Source of the DNA: Myxococcota bacterium
GTDB lineage: Bacteria > Myxococcota_A > Polyangia > Polyangiales > Sandaracinaceae
Length of the DNA stretch: 53,257 bases
Assembly: GCA_036149055.1 (NCBI GenBank)
Contig: JAYZQJ010000001.1
Coordinates: 1 to 53,257 of the forward strand
Reading direction: 5' to 3'
Position 1 is the stretch's first letter. Each line of letters begins with the position of its first letter. The position numbers and the translations under genes were made by a program. The notes under the pieces are model-generated. The model was not told where the DNA came from. It did no database searches and was given only the letters and a program-made list of their open reading frames with translations. Of this stretch, positions 1-8,512 are shown one piece after another.

Positions 1-2
1 GA

Positions 3-203
3 CACGCGCCCGGCCTGAGACCTCACCTCGCGGCGGGGAGCAAGGCGGTGCGCCGCGAAGGCATCGCGCGCCTGAAGGCCTTCCGCGCGCGCCACCGCGA
101 GTGCAAGCAGCGCTGGTGCGCGGGCGAGCGCGACGTCGTGTTCCCGGCGGGCACGTACTGGATGAAGAAGCACCACGGGGTGCGGACCGAGCCGTTTCCC
201 TAG
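3..203 (+). CDS. 3' end (partial) of a probable myxobacterial RAYT/IS200-like (Y1 HUH) transposase-family protein
   Basis: Open frame from the window edge to TAG at 201-203 (absent from the ORF track): ...LRPHLAAGSKAVRREGIARLKAFRARHRECKQRWCAGERDVVFPAGTYWMKKHHGVRTEPFP*. The G.RDVVFPAGTYW tail is one I recall from myxobacterial Y1-transposase-like proteins. The catalytic HUH part lies outside the window. Confidence 0.6.
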   Translation, partial: HAPGLRPHLAAGSKAVRREGIARLKAFRARHRECKQRWCAGERDVVFPAGTYWMKKHHGVRTEPFP

Positions 204-228
204 AAGCTCGGCGATCGCGTGAACCCAC

Positions 229-265
229 GACGGAGCTCGGCGGCCTCTGGCTGCCGGGCTCCGTC
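229..265. terminator. Long GC-rich hairpin downstream of the transposase-like gene (terminator or element end)
   Basis: GACGGAGCTCGGCGGC-CTCTG-GCTGCCGGGCTCCGTC: 16-bp stem with two G-T pairs and no clear U tract. Confidence 0.4.
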
Positions 266-403
266 CTTCGGGTCCTCGCCGGCTCTCGAGGGGGCAGATC
301 GGCCCCGCGCCGATCAGCCGACGCAGCAATCGTTCGTTCTGGCGGAAACGGGCAGCGCACGATCGCCGGCCCGAGCCCGCCACGCGCTCGCTTGGACCGG
401 GCG

Positions 404-436
404 GTACCACCTACCGGAGGCTTCGGTACCTGGTAC
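404..436. repeat. Imperfect palindrome (REP-like or HUH-element end candidate)
   Basis: GTACCA-CC-TACCGGA-GGC-TTCGGTA-CC-TGGTAC: two stems separated by a symmetric CC/CC internal loop. Confidence 0.45.
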
Positions 437-460
437 GGAGTCGGATCAGCCGGAACGGGC

Positions 461-2326
461 TCAGATCAGCGGGTTGATCCGCTCGAGGTCGGAGCCGCCG
501 GCGTATCCGTAGCTGCCGACCGAGTGATACCCGTAGACCATGATCCCCACCGGGAGGTCGGCGTCTACAGTGTGCGCGCCGGCCTCGACCGGGCAGGTGA
601 CGGCTTCGTAGGTCGTGCCGTCGAGCTCTCCGGCGCTCTCGTAGGTGCAGCGCGACATGAACTCGTCGCCGCGGATGTCGCCGCCGTCGAGCAGGACGCT
701 CGTGCCGACCGGGGCGCTGATGACGACGTAGTCGACGCTGAAGGTGCTCGGGGTGAGGAAGACGTAGCTCTCGCGGTACTGCTGGTACGGCGGGTAGAGG
801 ATCATCGAGGGGTCGCCGCCGTGGCCGCTCTTCCAGTCCGAGACCCAGCCCTGGCTGACCAGGATCTGCTCGATGCTCACCGGCGCGTCGGCGCGCAGGA
901 TGAAGGAGCGCTGGGAGTAGAACTCGCGCCACTGGCCGGGCTCGAGGACGAAGGTGTTGTCGGGGGCCGGGAGGTTGGTGGTCACGGTGGTCCGCGCGCG
1001 GTCGGCCATGATGCGGTAGATGTCCGGCTCGGCCCACGAGCGGCCGCGCTGCGGGCTGCGGGTCATGACGAAGTCGCGGCCCCACGCGGTGGTGGGGAAG
1101 ACCTGCTCCTCGAGGTGCTCGGTGCAACACCAGTCGTCGGGCATGCCGCCGGGGGGCGCGGGGACGCCGTCGGTGCTCAGCGGCGCGATGCCTCGCTCGC
1201 CTCCGCTGAAGACCGCCACCGGCGCGCTCGACTCGACGACGGTCCCCGTCAGGTCGCCGGGGGCCCCGTCGCTCTCCAGGTTCAGGACGTCGTACGCGCC
1301 GAGCGTCGTCTCGTAGACCTCCCCCGGCGCGAGCGGGCCGATGCCGAGGCCGTAGTTGTCGCCGACGATCGCCGCGCCCGCGGTGACCCGCACGGTGGTG
1401 CCCGCCTGCGTGCCGACGATGGTCACGAACGAGCGATCCGGGATGCCCTCGATGTTGCCGAAGGGCTCGATGGGGTTGGCGCTCCCCCACCCCAGGATGC
1501 GGTGGTGGTTGTCCAGCCCGCTCGCCGGGATGAGCAGCGAGGCGTCGTTCGAGAACGACTGGATGATCGGGTTGAACTGATACGCGACGACCGGGAAGTT
1601 CGTCGTGATCCGGTAGGCGTGACTGCTCAGCCAGGTGCCGCGGGTGTCGGCGTTGTCGGTCTGCGGGCCGTCCACCTCGCGCTGATCCAGCTCGATCTCG
1701 AGCACGTCCCGCGGCCCCACGGTGCCCTGGAAGACCTGCCGCTCGACCGGCGTGGTGCCCAGCGGCGCGTCGTTGACGAACACCCGCACCGTCGCGGTGA
1801 CGTCCGAGGGGTTGGCGATCGCGACCGCGTACTGCTCGGAGTAGGCGTCCTCGCTGACCAGGGATCCGCTCGCGTAGGCGTTGTCGAGGTCCACCGCCCA
1901 GTACTCGCAGCCGATGTTCGACCGGTTGGCGACCGCGTCGGCGCAGGCGCTCTGGCACATGCCCACCCGGCCGGACGCGCTGCAGATCTCGTCGGCGGTG
2001 CACGACATCTCGATGTCGAAGCCCGAGCCGTCCGCGCGGCAGCGGTAGAGGTCCGATCCATTGCACGTGTAGTGGTCGGGGCGGCAGGCGACGCAGCCGA
2101 GGCCGTCGGCGCAGACGGTGTCGCCGGTGCAGGTGGTCTCCGGGACGAGCGACCCGCCCTGACACCGCGCGACGACCTCGCCCGGCTGGCAGTAGAGCTG
2201 CCCGTTCATGCACGGGCCGGCGTCCGCCACCGAGCCGTCCGGGCCCCCCGGCGGGTCGTCGCCCCCGGCGGTGCAGGCGGCGAGCGAGAGGGCGAAGCAG
2301 AGCGCGACGGCGGCGTGAGGTCTCAT
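461..2326 (-). CDS. Lipoprotein with Cys-rich N-terminus and IgGFc-binding-protein N-terminal domain
   Basis: Lipobox LAAC; SNIGCEYWAVDLDN, AYRITTNFPVVAYQFNP, SNDASLLIP, HLEEQVFP...WG and C-terminal VYGY..SYGYAGG, typical of myxobacterial IgGFc-binding-domain proteins. Confidence 0.8.
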   Translation of the reverse strand: MRPHAAVALCFALSLAACTAGGDDPPGGPDGSVADAGPCMNGQLYCQPGEVVARCQGGSLVPETTCTGDTVCADGLGCVACRPDHYTCNGSDLYRCRADGSGFDIEMSCTADEICSASGRVGMCQSACADAVANRSNIGCEYWAVDLDNAYASGSLVSEDAYSEQYAVAIANPSDVTATVRVFVNDAPLGTTPVERQVFQGTVGPRDVLEIELDQREVDGPQTDNADTRGTWLSSHAYRITTNFPVVAYQFNPIIQSFSNDASLLIPASGLDNHHRILGWGSANPIEPFGNIEGIPDRSFVTIVGTQAGTTVRVTAGAAIVGDNYGLGIGPLAPGEVYETTLGAYDVLNLESDGAPGDLTGTVVESSAPVAVFSGGERGIAPLSTDGVPAPPGGMPDDWCCTEHLEEQVFPTTAWGRDFVMTRSPQRGRSWAEPDIYRIMADRARTTVTTNLPAPDNTFVLEPGQWREFYSQRSFILRADAPVSIEQILVSQGWVSDWKSGHGGDPSMILYPPYQQYRESYVFLTPSTFSVDYVVISAPVGTSVLLDGGDIRGDEFMSRCTYESAGELDGTTYEAVTCPVEAGAHTVDADLPVGIMVYGYHSVGSYGYAGGSDLERINPLI

Positions 2327-2391
2327 CGCGAGACCCGTGTCCTCCCGCGCCCGTCACCGATCACCGGACGCGGCGTCTCCTGTGCGTTCCA

Positions 2392-3516
2392 TCACCACGC
2401 GTAGACGGCGTCCTCGCCGTGACGCTCCACGAGCCCGTCGACGTGCTCGAGGAGATGACGCCGCCGGACCTCGAGGTTCGCCAGCTGCCGCTCGCTCAGG
2501 GTCGGCGCCAGCGGGTCGGCGGCGAGCCGCGCCTGGAACGCCTCGACGTCGAGGTCGCGCACCGCGTCGATGGTCTCCCGGCGGAAGCGCTGCACCTGGT
2601 GGAGGCGTCGATCCATGAGCGGGATGCGCGCGCGCCCGAGGGTGAAGGCGGCCGCGTTGTCGAGGAACATCAGCGGTCCGCCCTCGCCGACGGTCCGGAT
2701 GTTGGTGTTGTGCCCGCCCCATCGGTCGAGGTTGTTGGTGAGGTAGTCGAAGACGATGAGGTCGCTCATCTCGGCGGGTCGGTCCTCGACGTCCGGCGCG
2801 GGCGCGGCCGGCACGCTGCGGGTGCGTCCGGCGGCGCGCGCGCGACGGTAGGCGCCCGGCCGCTGGAAGGGCGACACCTCGGGCGGCTCGCCCTCGATCA
2901 GGAGCCATCGCTCCCAGCCGTCGGGCAGCGCGACCGGGCGGAGCCGCTCGGGCACCCACCAGATGAACGCGCCCTGGATCGAGCCGTCCTCGGCCGGCCG
3001 GAGCTCGTCCACCCGCGCGTCCGACGCCGCGGCCCGCGCGAGGTCCTCGTGCGACACCGACCGGGCGACCGAAGGCGCGGTGCGGCCGAAGCCCAGCTCC
3101 CGGTCGAGGTGATAGGCGGCGATCTCCGCCGTCCAGTTCATCCCGTTGAACGACTGCGCCGGCTTGAAGAAGCCCTCGGTGCCGTCGTCGAGGGTGATGC
3201 GGAACGAGAGCGAGCGGCCGCCGTGGCCGCGGCGCACCTCGGACACGTCACCTCGCGACAGCGCGCGCCGGATCGGAGCGTCCCGGTGCTCGAAGAAGCG
3301 GTCCTCGCGCACCGCCTGCGCGGGCGGCGCCGGCGCGTCTTCGGTCACGCGGGCGGTGACGACCGCGGGCGCGGCGACGGCCGGGCGCGCCTCCTTCTCT
3401 CCGCTGCGGACCTTCGCCGACGCTTGCCCCCCGCCCACTGCCCCCAGCGCGAGGATCGCGGCGGCCGCCGCCCACCGTGTCCGCCTTGCCGCGTTTCCGT
3501 CTCCGAGCTTCCTCAT
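2392..3516 (-). CDS. Secreted Four-jointed/Fam20C-like atypical kinase
   Basis: ATG at 3516 with GGAGGAG RBS; hydrophobic signal segment; motifs GHGGRS, FFKP, EIAAYHLDRELGFGR, DLIVFDYLTNNLDR, FLDNAAAF. Confidence 0.75.
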   Translation of the reverse strand: MRKLGDGNAARRTRWAAAAAILALGAVGGGQASAKVRSGEKEARPAVAAPAVVTARVTEDAPAPPAQAVREDRFFEHRDAPIRRALSRGDVSEVRRGHGGRSLSFRITLDDGTEGFFKPAQSFNGMNWTAEIAAYHLDRELGFGRTAPSVARSVSHEDLARAAASDARVDELRPAEDGSIQGAFIWWVPERLRPVALPDGWERWLLIEGEPPEVSPFQRPGAYRRARAAGRTRSVPAAPAPDVEDRPAEMSDLIVFDYLTNNLDRWGGHNTNIRTVGEGGPLMFLDNAAAFTLGRARIPLMDRRLHQVQRFRRETIDAVRDLDVEAFQARLAADPLAPTLSERQLANLEVRRRHLLEHVDGLVERHGEDAVYAW

Positions 3517-3561
3517 CGCTGGCCCTCCTCCCCGGGGAATCGCCCCGCGATCGACGGAGAC

Positions 3562-3594
3562 TGCAGGGAGCGAGCCAGCGGATCGCGGGTTGCA
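3562..3594. promoter_or_regulatory. Back-to-back sigma54-like (-24/-12) motifs for the divergent kinase and NAGPA genes
   Basis: Minus strand 3577-3562 TGGCTCG-CTCC-CTGCA; plus strand 3579-3594 CGGATCG-CGGG-TTGCA. Both keep the GG-N10-GC spacing. Confidence 0.4.
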
Positions 3595-3607
3595 GCTCGG
3601 GGACTCC

Positions 3608-4729
3608 GTGAAGACGTCACCGATCGTGGTGTGGCTCGTGTTCGCCCCGGCCATCGCCCTGGCCCAGCCCGAGCCCCCCTCCGCCGAGATCCCCCGCGCG
3701 CTGGGCGAGCCGCGCGATACCTGGACCGACCCGAACCCGGGCGTCCGTCATCTCTCCCGCCGCTACGCGTCCCCGCCGATCCGCGTGCACGCTCTGGTGG
3801 TCGACACCCGCGTGGAGGGGGTGCGGGTCGTCGCCACCCCCGAGGCCGAGCGCTGGGGCACGGTCACCGACTTCGCGACCTCGCGAGGCGCGGCGGCCGC
3901 GATCAACGGCGGCTTCTGGGGGCTCTGGCAGAGCCCACACGGCATCACCGCGGGGGGCGGCGCGCTCTGGGATCGCAGCACCCCCGACCCGGACTTCGGT
4001 CACTTCGGCGTGCTCGAGGGCGGCCGCGGCGTCGTCCACGCGCCCGGCGAGGGCGAGGATCCGTCCAGCCTCGCGCGGCTCCACGACGCGGTCGCCGGCC
4101 GCCCGGTGCTCGTGACCGGCGGCGAGGTCGACACGGCGCGCCTCGACGGCTTCGAGACCGCGAACCTCCGTCAGCCTCGCACGGCGATCGGCGTCTCTCG
4201 GGACGGGCGCACCTTCGTGCTCGCGGTGGTCGACGGCCGGCAGGGCCACAGCGTCGGCTTCACCCTCTATCAGCTCGCGCGGCTGCTCGTGGAGCTCGGC
4301 GCGCACCGGGCGATCAACCTCGACGGCGGCGGGTCGAGCGCGATGTACATCGCCAACGAGGGCGGCGTGGTCACCTCCCCCGCGCGGGGGCGCTGGGTCC
4401 GCGCGCTCGGGTTGGGGGAGGCGGAGACCCGGCGGGTGCGCACCCAGGACGGCGCGCGCGACGTCTACGTGCGCGGCGTCGAGCGGGAGGTGATGAACCA
4501 CCTCGCGGTGATCGCGCCCGCGCCGGAGCGCGACGTGGCGGTGCGCGGCGTCGACAGCGCGCTCGCCGACGGCCTCGGGCCCATCCGGTCCGAGCCGCTG
4601 GCCGCGCCGCGCTCCTCACCGATCCGGCTCGGTCGCCTCCGGGAGCTGGTCGCCCCCGCGCTCACGTTCGGCGCGCCCGCGATCCTGCTGCTCGGCGTGG
4701 TGGTGCTGCGCCGCCGCCGGGCGTCATGA
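3608..4729 (+). CDS. Phosphodiester glycosidase (NAGPA family) with signal peptide and C-terminal membrane anchor
   Basis: GTG start, signal peptide ...AIALAQ; INGGFW, PRTAIGVS, VVDGRQ, AINLDGGGSS motifs; C-terminal TM helix followed by RRRR. Confidence 0.85.
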   Translation: MKTSPIVVWLVFAPAIALAQPEPPSAEIPRALGEPRDTWTDPNPGVRHLSRRYASPPIRVHALVVDTRVEGVRVVATPEAERWGTVTDFATSRGAAAAINGGFWGLWQSPHGITAGGGALWDRSTPDPDFGHFGVLEGGRGVVHAPGEGEDPSSLARLHDAVAGRPVLVTGGEVDTARLDGFETANLRQPRTAIGVSRDGRTFVLAVVDGRQGHSVGFTLYQLARLLVELGAHRAINLDGGGSSAMYIANEGGVVTSPARGRWVRALGLGEAETRRVRTQDGARDVYVRGVEREVMNHLAVIAPAPERDVAVRGVDSALADGLGPIRSEPLAAPRSSPIRLGRLRELVAPALTFGAPAILLLGVVVLRRRRAS

Positions 4730-5593
4730 GCTCGAGAGCAGGCCGGCCAGCGCGGACGGCGGGATCTCGTAGACCTGGCCGCAGTAGTCGCAGGTGATGT
4801 GCAGCGACTCCTCGCTCGACATCAGGTCCTCGATGTCCGAGCGAGGCAGGGTCGCGAGGCTGCTCAGCACCCGCACCGAGCTGCAGTGGCAGCCGAAGCG
4901 GAGCTGGGTCTCCTGCGTCTTCTCGAACGGCATCTGCCAGAGGATCTCGGAGAGCATCTCGTCGGGGTCCTTCTGGATGCCGCGCACGACCGAGGGGATG
5001 TCGGAGAAGTCCGCGTCGAGTCGCTCCGTCATCACCGCCAGCGGCGCCCGGCTCACCTCGGGCAGGAGCTGCACCAGGTAGCCTCCGGCCGCGACCAGCT
5101 CGCCGCCCTCGAACACGCAGCCGACGCGGGCCACCGAGGTGATCTGCTCCGACGTCTGGAAGTAGCCCATGAGCGCGCCGCTGATCCCCGAGGCCGGCAC
5201 CTCGACCATGCCCTGGTTCACCGCGCCGGTCGGGAGGGTGCGCATCATCACCATCACCGCGCCGTCTCCGAGCGAGACCTCCTTCAGGCCCTTCGGGCGC
5301 TGGATGAGGCCGCGGGCGCTGCCGTCCGGGTGGCTGTCGCCGACGAGCGTGCCCCGCTGGTCGGGACCGCGCACGATGCCCTGCACCCGGTAGGTGGGGG
5401 CCATGGTGAGCCGGACGAGGATGCTCCCGCTCAGCACGTCCGCGAGGTTGCGCGCGTTGTCGCCCTCGATCTCCTGCGTCTCGATGGAGCGGCGCACGGT
5501 GTCGGTCGTGCGCATCACGATGACCCGGAAGGCGCCGTCGTGGGTCACCGCGGTGACCGCGCGGTCGCCGCTCGATTCGGTCTCGTCCGTCAT
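4724..5593 (-). CDS. hslO: Hsp33 redox-regulated chaperone
   Basis: YFQTSEQI, AAGGYLVQLLP and C-terminal zinc centre CHC...CDYC; start re-picked at MTDETES. Confidence 0.92.
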   Translation of the reverse strand: MTDETESSGDRAVTAVTHDGAFRVIVMRTTDTVRRSIETQEIEGDNARNLADVLSGSILVRLTMAPTYRVQGIVRGPDQRGTLVGDSHPDGSARGLIQRPKGLKEVSLGDGAVMVMMRTLPTGAVNQGMVEVPASGISGALMGYFQTSEQITSVARVGCVFEGGELVAAGGYLVQLLPEVSRAPLAVMTERLDADFSDIPSVVRGIQKDPDEMLSEILWQMPFEKTQETQLRFGCHCSSVRVLSSLATLPRSDIEDLMSSEESLHITCDYCGQVYEIPPSALAGLLSSS

Positions 5594-5683
5594 TTGAGGC
5601 CAGGTGTACGTCTCCACGGCGTCGGGCGCCACGACCTGCCGGGCGACGCTTCTTTGCCCGATGCCGAGGAGCCGCGGCATCCT

Positions 5684-6637
5684 GTGAGGGTGGGAGAGCG
5701 ACTCCGTCTGGGCGACATGCTCGTGGCCGCCGGCCTCGTCACCGAGGCGCAGGTCCAGGAGGCGCTCGGGGAGCAGAAGAAGCGCGGCAAGCGCCTCGGC
5801 GAGACCCTGGTCGCCCTCGGCTACGTGAGCGAGGCGCAGATGACCCAGATCGTCTCCAACCAGCTCACCATCCCCTGGGTGAATCTGTATCACGTGGACT
5901 TCAGCCGGGAGCTGCTCGACCTCGTCCCGGCCGCCCTCGCCGAGGAGCACTCGCTGGTGCCGGTCTACGTCCGGAACGTGCGTCGCCAGGGCGATACCCT
6001 CTACGTGGCGATGGAGGACCCGCTCAACCTCGACGCCCTGCAGCTCGTCGCCGACCACGCGGGGCTCCCGGTGAAGCCCATGGTCGCCTCGCCCACCGAC
6101 CTCGAGAACGCGATCCGGGTCTACTACCTCGGCCTGCCGCCGCTCGAGGAGGGGGAGGCGCGCCCGTCGATGCCGGCGCCGCGCAAGAGCGACATCGAGG
6201 AGCTGGAGCTCGCGGAGGACGAGCTGCAGGAGCTGGCCGACAGCCTCCCCCCGCCCGACGTCGACGCGGAGCCGGAGCCGGAGGAGCAGGGCCCGACCGC
6301 GACGCCCTCGGTGCCTCCGCCGGCGCGCCCGGGGCCGGGCTTCCTGACCCTGACCCTGCTCGACGGGACGCAGGTGCGTCTCCCCTCGGGCGGCTCCAAG
6401 AAGCCCGCCGAGGAGGAGGAGCCCGAGGCGCGCGGCCTCACCACCCGCGATCTCATCCACGCGCTGCAGGCCCGCGCCGCCGGGGAGGACGTCTCGGACG
6501 TGGTCCCCGAAGATCAGTGGGAGCCGCTGGTGGCCGCGCTGCTCTCGGTGCTCCTGCGCAAGGGGCTCATCGCCGACTGGGAGTTCGTCGACGAGTGGAA
6601 GAAGCAGCGGGAGCGCTCGACGCGAAAGAAGCGATGA
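5684..6637 (+). CDS. Stand-alone MshEN (GspE/PilB N-terminal, c-di-GMP-binding) domain protein without ATPase
   Basis: Tandem motif RLGDMLVAAGLVTEAQVQEALGEQ / RLGETLVALGYVSEAQ, then LYVAMEDPLN; no Walker A; acidic Pro-rich linker. Confidence 0.82.
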   Translation: MRVGERLRLGDMLVAAGLVTEAQVQEALGEQKKRGKRLGETLVALGYVSEAQMTQIVSNQLTIPWVNLYHVDFSRELLDLVPAALAEEHSLVPVYVRNVRRQGDTLYVAMEDPLNLDALQLVADHAGLPVKPMVASPTDLENAIRVYYLGLPPLEEGEARPSMPAPRKSDIEELELAEDELQELADSLPPPDVDAEPEPEEQGPTATPSVPPPARPGPGFLTLTLLDGTQVRLPSGGSKKPAEEEEPEARGLTTRDLIHALQARAAGEDVSDVVPEDQWEPLVAALLSVLLRKGLIADWEFVDEWKKQRERSTRKKR

Positions 6638-7584
6638 CGTTCTTCCTGACCCGGCCGCTCTCGATCGATCCGCGCGAGGTCGTCGGCGACGAGGTGGAGG
6701 TGCGGATCTTCCAGCACGTCCGGGTGCCGACGCCCGACGAGGTCGCGCGCGCCGCGAGGGGCTGCACCACGCTGCTGACCCTGGTGAGCGATCCGGTCGA
6801 CGGCGCGCTGCTCGACGCGCTGCCCGAGGTGAAGCACGTCGCCCAGGTCGCCGTCGGCTACGACAACGTGGACGTCGAGGCTTGCCGGTCCCGCGGGGTG
6901 CTGGTCACCCACACCCCCGGCGTCTTGACCGACGCGACCGCCGATCTCGCGATGACGTTGATCCTCTCCGTCGCTCGCCGGGTGCGCGAGGGCGAGCAGC
7001 TGCTGCGAGACGGTCGCTTTCACGGCTGGTCGCCGACCATGCTGCTCGGCATGGAGCTGAGCGGGCGCACCCTCGGCGTCTTCGGCTTCGGCCGCATCGG
7101 GCGCGCGGTGGCGCGGCGCGCCCGCGCCTTCGGCATGGAGGTCGTCTACTGCTCGCGCTCGGAGGTGCCGGGCGAGGACGCGCGGCGGGTCTCCTTCGAG
7201 GCGCTGCTCGCCGAGAGCGACGTGATCAGCCTGCACGCGCCGCTGACCGACGAGACCCGGCACGCCTTCGACGCCGCCGCGCTCGCTGCGATGAAGCCGG
7301 GCTCGATCCTCGTCAACACCGCTCGCGGTCCTCTGATCGACGAGCGGGCGCTGGCGGCCGCGCTCGAAGACGGCCCGCTCTTCGGCGCCGGCCTCGACGT
7401 CTACGAGCACGAGCCGGCGGTGCACGTCGGGCTGCTCGATCGCGACGACGTGGTGCTGCTCCCTCACCTCGGCAGCGCCACCGAGGCGGCGCGTCGGCGA
7501 ATGGCCGAGACCGCGCTCCGGGACGCGCTGGCGGTGCACCGCGGCGAGCGCCCCGCGTTCGTGATCCCGGAGCTGTCGTCTTGA
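6634..7584 (+). CDS. D-glycerate dehydrogenase / glyoxylate reductase (D-2-hydroxyacid dehydrogenase)
   Basis: AVGYDNVD, TPGVLTDATAD, GFGRIG, NTARG, GLDVYEHEP, LLPHLGSAT; ATGA overlap with the upstream gene. Confidence 0.92.
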   Translation: MTFFLTRPLSIDPREVVGDEVEVRIFQHVRVPTPDEVARAARGCTTLLTLVSDPVDGALLDALPEVKHVAQVAVGYDNVDVEACRSRGVLVTHTPGVLTDATADLAMTLILSVARRVREGEQLLRDGRFHGWSPTMLLGMELSGRTLGVFGFGRIGRAVARRARAFGMEVVYCSRSEVPGEDARRVSFEALLAESDVISLHAPLTDETRHAFDAAALAAMKPGSILVNTARGPLIDERALAAALEDGPLFGAGLDVYEHEPAVHVGLLDRDDVVLLPHLGSATEAARRRMAETALRDALAVHRGERPAFVIPELSS

Positions 7585-8153
7585 GCGTCGACTTCACCGC
7601 GTCGGCCCGCCCGGTCTCGATGTCGCTGGTGAGCGGGCGCGGGCACTACGAGACGGTGATCGCGGCCCTCCGCGAGGCGAAGGTCAGCGTCTGGATCGCC
7701 ACCGCCAACCTCAAGGAGCTGATGGTCGACGAGCCGTCGGTGGGCCGGAGGCGGCGCTGGCGGAGCGTGCTCGAGATCTTCGACGGCCTCGCCTCGCGCG
7801 GAGTCGAGCTGCGCATCCTGCACGCCGGCTTCCCGTCCCGCGCGTTCCGCGACGCCTTCGATCGGCACCCGCGGCTCGTCGAGGGCGGGCTGGAGCTCCG
7901 GCAGTGCCCGCGCGTGCATCTCAAGACGGTCATCGTCGACGGCCAGCGCCTCTACCTCGGCAGCGCCAACTGGACCGGCGCCGGCCTCGGCGCCAAAGGC
8001 GACGCCAAGCGGAACTTCGAGCTCGGCGTCTGGAGCGGCGACGAGCTGCTGCTCGACGAGGTGCAGGCGCTCTTCGACCGCCTCTGGCGCGGCGGCGAGT
8101 GCGCGGGCTGCGGTCGCCGCGACGTCTGCGACGACCCGATCGACACGCTGTAG
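7581..8153 (+). CDS. Small single-HKD phospholipase D/nuclease-family protein
   Basis: HLKTVIVD...GSANWT...NFELG; C-terminal CxxCx4C; TTG start overlaps the upstream stop. Confidence 0.82.
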   Translation: MSVDFTASARPVSMSLVSGRGHYETVIAALREAKVSVWIATANLKELMVDEPSVGRRRRWRSVLEIFDGLASRGVELRILHAGFPSRAFRDAFDRHPRLVEGGLELRQCPRVHLKTVIVDGQRLYLGSANWTGAGLGAKGDAKRNFELGVWSGDELLLDEVQALFDRLWRGGECAGCGRRDVCDDPIDTL

Positions 8154-8185
8154 AACATCCGGCGTCCTGGCGCGTATGGCTCCTC

Positions 8186-8512
8186 ATGCGCCACCTCGCT
8201 CTCACCGCCGCCGCCCTGCTCCTCCCCGCGCTCGCCAGCGCCGAGCCGGCCGGCCTCCACGAGACCCTCCGACGCGCTCAGCCGGCGATCCATCGCTGCG
8301 TGGAGCGCTCGATCCGCGCGGGCGAGGACCCGGGTCGACGGGCCGAGGTGGTCGCGCGCATCGCCCCGACCGGGCGGGTGACCGAGGCTCGGCTCGCGGG
8401 CCGGGACGCGCACCCGCGCTTCGCTCGCTGCGTCGAGGCGACGGTCGAGCGGCTCCGCTTCCCGAGCCGCCGCGAGCCGGTCACGGTGCGCTTCCCGCTC
8501 TGGATGCGGTAG
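8186..8512 (+). CDS. Secreted AgmX/PglI C-terminal (TonB-C-like) domain protein
   Basis: Signal peptide; IHRCVE...IAPTGRV...FARCVE...LRFP...VRFP pattern with two Cys. Confidence 0.7.
   Translation: MRHLALTAAALLLPALASAEPAGLHETLRRAQPAIHRCVERSIRAGEDPGRRAEVVARIAPTGRVTEARLAGRDAHPRFARCVEATVERLRFPSRREPVTVRFPLWMR

Noticed and set aside
7581..8153. Anti-phage defence system built on the PLD protein
   Set aside because: No helicase, methylase or other defence partner is nearby, and the gene is coupled to ordinary chromosomal genes.
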